Below are positions 60,446-64,000 of a stretch of DNA of 64,000 nt, one piece after another. The stretch comes from Candidatus Latescibacterota bacterium (GTDB lineage Bacteria; Latescibacterota; UBA2968; UBA8231). Within the stretch, counting starts at the first letter, position 1. Every line of letters begins with the position of its first letter. Made by a program: the position numbers and the translations under genes. The notes under the pieces were generated by a model, which did no database searches, was not told where the DNA came from, and saw nothing but the letters and a program-made list of their open reading frames with translations. The stretch is from positions 544,001 through 608,000 of the forward strand of contig OY730476.1 in assembly GCA_963422735.1 (NCBI GenBank), read 5' to 3'.

Positions 60446-61761
60446 TGGCGGACTCCAAAAGTTAGCTCTTCACGGGCTTGCTCAATCCGCACGTCCACGA
60501 ACTCGTTGGGCCCGGCCGGACCGGCGAAGAGAACCTTGACGTAGTTGTCGCTCAAGCCGATCTGCAAGCCGGTGGCTGGGTCTGGACGTCCTTCGGCGAG
60601 GACTTGGAGCGAACGGCCGACAAAGCGCTGGTGGAAGGCGAGTCGCTTGGCCGCGCCGAGGGCGATGAGTGCTTGGGCGCGCTCCTTTTTGACTGCAGCG
60701 TCTTGGTGTCTAGGCAGGCGCTCGGCCGGGGTACCTTCGCGCTGGGAGTACGAAAAGACGTGGAGATACGTCAGCGGCAGGTCGGCCAACAAGGCGCGGG
60801 TCTGGGCAAAATGCGCGTCGGTTTCCCCGGGGAAGCCGACCATGACGTCGGCACCAATGGCGCAATCGGGGATGCGGCTGGCGATCCGCTCAATCCGCTC
60901 GGCGTAATAGGCGCGGGTATAGCGCCGCCCCATGCGCTTGAGAATGTGGTCGTCGCCGCTTTGCAAAGGCACGTGGAAGTGGCGGCAGACTGCAAGGGAA
61001 GCTGCGGCTTGGTCGATCAGTGCGTCGGTGACATAACCCGGCTCAATGGAGTTGAGGCGGATGCGCTCCAAGCCGTCGATTTGCTCCAATGCTTCGAGCA
61101 GCCCAACGAGAGCTTCGGGCTGGCCTTGGTCGAACCCGTAGCGGCCCGTGTGGACGCCGGTCAGGGCGAGCTCGCGGTAGCCGGCCGCGACCATGCGCCG
61201 GGCTTGAGCGACGACTTCAGGGGCTGGGCGGCTCGCGCTGTGCCCGCGCACTGCCGGGATAATGCAATAGGTGCAGTGTTCGTCGCAGCCGTCTTGGATT
61301 TGCAGGCTGCCGCGCGTACGGCCTTGGGGCACTGCGCCGTCAATGACGAGAAATTGCTCGGTGCGTGGCCTCGTTGCCGAAGGCGCGGGGGGCGTGGCAC
61401 CCGCTAGATGCGCTTCGAGCAGCTCGACGAGTTGGGCCTTCTGGCCGTTGCCCACGACCAAGTCGGCACCGGCTGCTGCGAGGTCTGCTGGCCGCCGCTG
61501 GGCATAGCAGCCGGTGGCGACGATCTCCGCGCTTGGATTGCGCCGCCGGGCGCGGCGCACGGCCTTGCGCGAGTCCGCATCGCCCGCGCCGGTGACCGTA
61601 CAGGTATTGACCACGTACACGTCGGCCTCAGAGCTGAAGGGCACGATTGCGTAGCCGTGTTCGGTCAGGCGGTAGGTGAGGGCTTCTACCTCGTAGGCAT
61701 TGAGCTTGCAACCCACGTTTTGCAGGGCTACGCGCGTGTTTTCGGATGTTGGAGTGCTCAT
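60442..61761 (-). CDS. mtaB: tRNA N6-threonylcarbamoyladenosine methylthiotransferase
   Basis: GCKLNAYE, NTCTVT..GD..SR, IQDGCDEHCTYCIIP, LTGVH.G.YG, SIEP, HVFSYS.REGT.A, DNY. Confidence 0.92.
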
Positions 61762-61835
61762 AAGTCGCGTCGCGAAAGGGAAATGAGATAAACAATAAAA
61801 ATTAAAGATCGGCCCTCTCTGGGGCAATGGGCCGC

Positions 61836-64000
61836 TTAGGCGGGTTCGAGCTGGGCGTACGCGACGGCAATGCGTTTGATCCGCGTCTGAAAGCGGATGG
61901 AGAGCTTCATCTTTTCGCCGTACCCTTCGCGGCTGACGATCTGGCCACGCCCCCATTGGGGGTGGCGCACCCACTGGCCAACGGCGAGGAAATCGTCTTG
62001 GGCGACAAACTCATCGAAGCCGGGCGACCGCTCGGCGTCCCACTCGTAGTGGACGCCTTGGGACGCCTTTTTGCGGCGCGGCGAGCCGATGCGCTGCCGC
62101 GAGCGGGCAAAGCCGTGGTCCAACTCGTAGCTCTGGGCCACGAGCTCGGCGGGAATTTCGCTTAAAAACCGCGAGGGTTCGGTTGAAAGCAGCGAGCCGT
62201 ACGCATAGCGGCGCAGGGCATAGGTGAGGCTGAGCTGCTCTTGCGCACGGGTCATGCCCACGTAGCAGAGCCGGCGCTCCTCTTCGATGGCTTGAGGATC
62301 ACCGACGGCCCGCGCCGTGGGAAAGAGGTTTTCTTCGAGACCGCAGACAAAGACCAAGGGGAACTCTAGGCCCTTGGCGCTGTGCAGGGTCATCAAGGTA
62401 ATGGCGTTGTCGCTGACGTCGCTTTCGTCCGCTGAGGTCAGCAGCGACTTTTCTTCGAGATAGGTCGCTAAAGTCGAGTCTGGGTTCGCGTCCGCGTACT
62501 CGGTCATCTCGGCCAATAGCTGGTCGAGATTCTGCAAGCGCGCTTCGGCTTCTGGGGTGTTTTCAGCCGCGAGCATTGCGCGGTACCCACTCTTTTCGAC
62601 GACTGCAAAGCCCAGTTCGGGCAAGGAACGCGCCGCGGTGGCTGCCATCAGCTCGCCGAGCAAGGCTGCGAAGGCTGCGAGGCTCTTTTGCGCACGGCCG
62701 CTAAGGCTGGGTACGTCGTCGAGGTGCTCAAACGCAGTGAAAAGGCTCCAGCCCTTGGCTTGGGCAAAAGCCTGCAAGCGGGCGAGGGAGGTGTCGCCAA
62801 TGCCGCGACGGGGCGTATTGACGATGCGGCGCAGGGCAATGTCGTCGGCCGGGTTGACCAACAGGCGCAAATAAGACAGCACGTCGCGAATTTCTCGGCG
62901 GTCGTAAAAGCGGATGCCCCCGACAATTACATAGGGGAGGCCGACGCGCTGTAGCTCTTCTTCAAAGGGCCGCGACTGGGCGTTGGTGCGGTAGAGCACC
63001 GCGGCGTCCCCGAGGCTGTAGCGGCCCAGGCGGTCGTAGCGGCGGATGGCATCGACCACGTGGCGGGCCTCGCGGCGGTCCGAGTCGCATTCGACGACCG
63101 AGACCGGGTCGCCTTCGGGGCCGTCCGTCCACAATTCTTTGCCCTTGCGGCCTTGGTTGTGGCTGATGACAGCGTTGGCCGCGGCGAGGATGCGGCCGGT
63201 GGAGCGGTAGTTTTGCTCCAGCCGCACGCTGCGGGCATCCGGGTAGTCGCGCTCAAAATCGAGGATGTTGCGAATGTCGGCACCGCGGAATTGGTAGATC
63301 GACTGGTCGTCGTCCCCGACCACGCAGATGTTGCGGTGGCGAGCTGCTAGCTGGCGGCAGAGCAAGTACTGGGGCCGGTTCGTGTCTTGGTATTCATCGA
63401 CGAGCAGGTGCTCAAAGCGCTCTTGGTAGGTTTGCAGAATGTCCGGGTGGCGGTCGAACTGGCGCACGACCTCAATGAGCAAGTCGTCGAAATCAAGGGC
63501 TTGGTTGCGGCGCAACTCGTGCTCATAGTCGGCATAGAGTTCGGCGATTTGCCGTTGGTTCTCGCTTGCTTGGTGCGCAAATTCCAACGGGTCGAGCATG
63601 GCGTTCTTGGCGCGGCTGATCTGGCTGGCGACAGCGCGTGGGGCAAGCTCGCGCTCATCGATCTGGTGGGCGTCGAGGACGCGGCGGATGGTAGCTCGGC
63701 GGTCGTCTTCGTCGTAGATGGAGAAATTGGGATCTAAACCAAATCCCTCGGCTTGGTGGCGCAGGATGCGCGCGCAGATTGAGTGAAAGGTGCCGATCCA
63801 TAACTCGGTAGCCGCCGAGCCGACTAACTGCTCGATGCGCTCGCGCATTTCGCCCGCGGCTTTGTTGGTAAAGGTCGCGGCGAGGATGCGCCACGGGGGC
63901 ACACCAACTTCTTTAATGAGGAAGGCGACTCGATGGGTGAGTACGCGGGTCTTGCCCGAGCCGGCCCCAGCGAGGATCAACAGGGGGCCGCCCGAGGCCT
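61836..64000 (-). CDS. pcrA: ATP-dependent DNA helicase PcrA/UvrD, 5' end beyond the window
   Basis: GPLLILAGAGSGKT, TFTNKAA.EM, VDEYQDTN, VGDDDQSIY.FRGA, LEQNYRS, LYRTNAQSR, TLHSAKGLEF, EERRL.YV..TRA, C-terminal Tudor-like V.HP.WG.G. Confidence 0.95.
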   Translation of the reverse strand, partial: ASGGPLLILAGAGSGKTRVLTHRVAFLIKEVGVPPWRILAATFTNKAAGEMRERIEQLVGSAATELWIGTFHSICARILRHQAEGFGLDPNFSIYDEDDRRATIRRVLDAHQIDERELAPRAVASQISRAKNAMLDPLEFAHQASENQRQIAELYADYEHELRRNQALDFDDLLIEVVRQFDRHPDILQTYQERFEHLLVDEYQDTNRPQYLLCRQLAARHRNICVVGDDDQSIYQFRGADIRNILDFERDYPDARSVRLEQNYRSTGRILAAANAVISHNQGRKGKELWTDGPEGDPVSVVECDSDRREARHVVDAIRRYDRLGRYSLGDAAVLYRTNAQSRPFEEELQRVGLPYVIVGGIRFYDRREIRDVLSYLRLLVNPADDIALRRIVNTPRRGIGDTSLARLQAFAQAKGWSLFTAFEHLDDVPSLSGRAQKSLAAFAALLGELMAATAARSLPELGFAVVEKSGYRAMLAAENTPEAEARLQNLDQLLAEMTEYADANPDSTLATYLEEKSLLTSADESDVSDNAITLMTLHSAKGLEFPLVFVCGLEENLFPTARAVGDPQAIEEERRLCYVGMTRAQEQLSLTYALRRYAYGSLLSTEPSRFLSEIPAELVAQSYELDHGFARSRQRIGSPRRKKASQGVHYEWDAERSPGFDEFVAQDDFLAVGQWVRHPQWGRGQIVSREGYGEKMKLSIRFQTRIKRIAVAYAQLEPA

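Overview
A GC-rich, gene-dense bacterial chromosomal window with no recognisable rRNA, tRNA, CRISPR array, transposase or integrase. The organism is a diderm (TonB-dependent receptor, lipoproteins). Its C-terminal sorting signals (T9SS type A-like and type B-like CTDs, plus a 'WGRIK' tail) suggest an FCB-group candidate phylum such as Ca. Latescibacterota; this is an inference. Content in order: (1) a partial TonB receptor, a pterin dehydratase, a SelA/DgaE-like PLP enzyme and a groESL operon with a perfect sigma-54 promoter and His-tailed GroEL; (2) an NDP-sugar and GT-C glycosylation cluster containing a decayed TIR-domain cassette; (3) a split AddAB/RecBC-like set (degenerate helicase, active SF1 helicase, stand-alone Fe-S PD-(D/E)XK nuclease) with an inserted NYN RNase; (4) a sugar ABC transporter divergent from a ~23 kb envelope operon; (5) a third CRTAC1 gene and two tandem beta-propeller paralogs, one carrying a diheme insert; (6) miaB, mtaB and pcrA. 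The envelope operon encodes a CBM9-like protein, four paralogous discoidin/FlgD-Ig proteins all ending in -AY, a likely outer-membrane barrel, TPR lipoproteins, CRTAC1 proteins and a parvulin. Its promoter is bracketed by a perfect 20-bp inverted repeat. The best candidates for an undescribed system are this envelope operon with its possibly invertible or looped promoter, and the helicase-helicase-NYN-nuclease module. All calls come from reading motifs by eye; no database searches were run.
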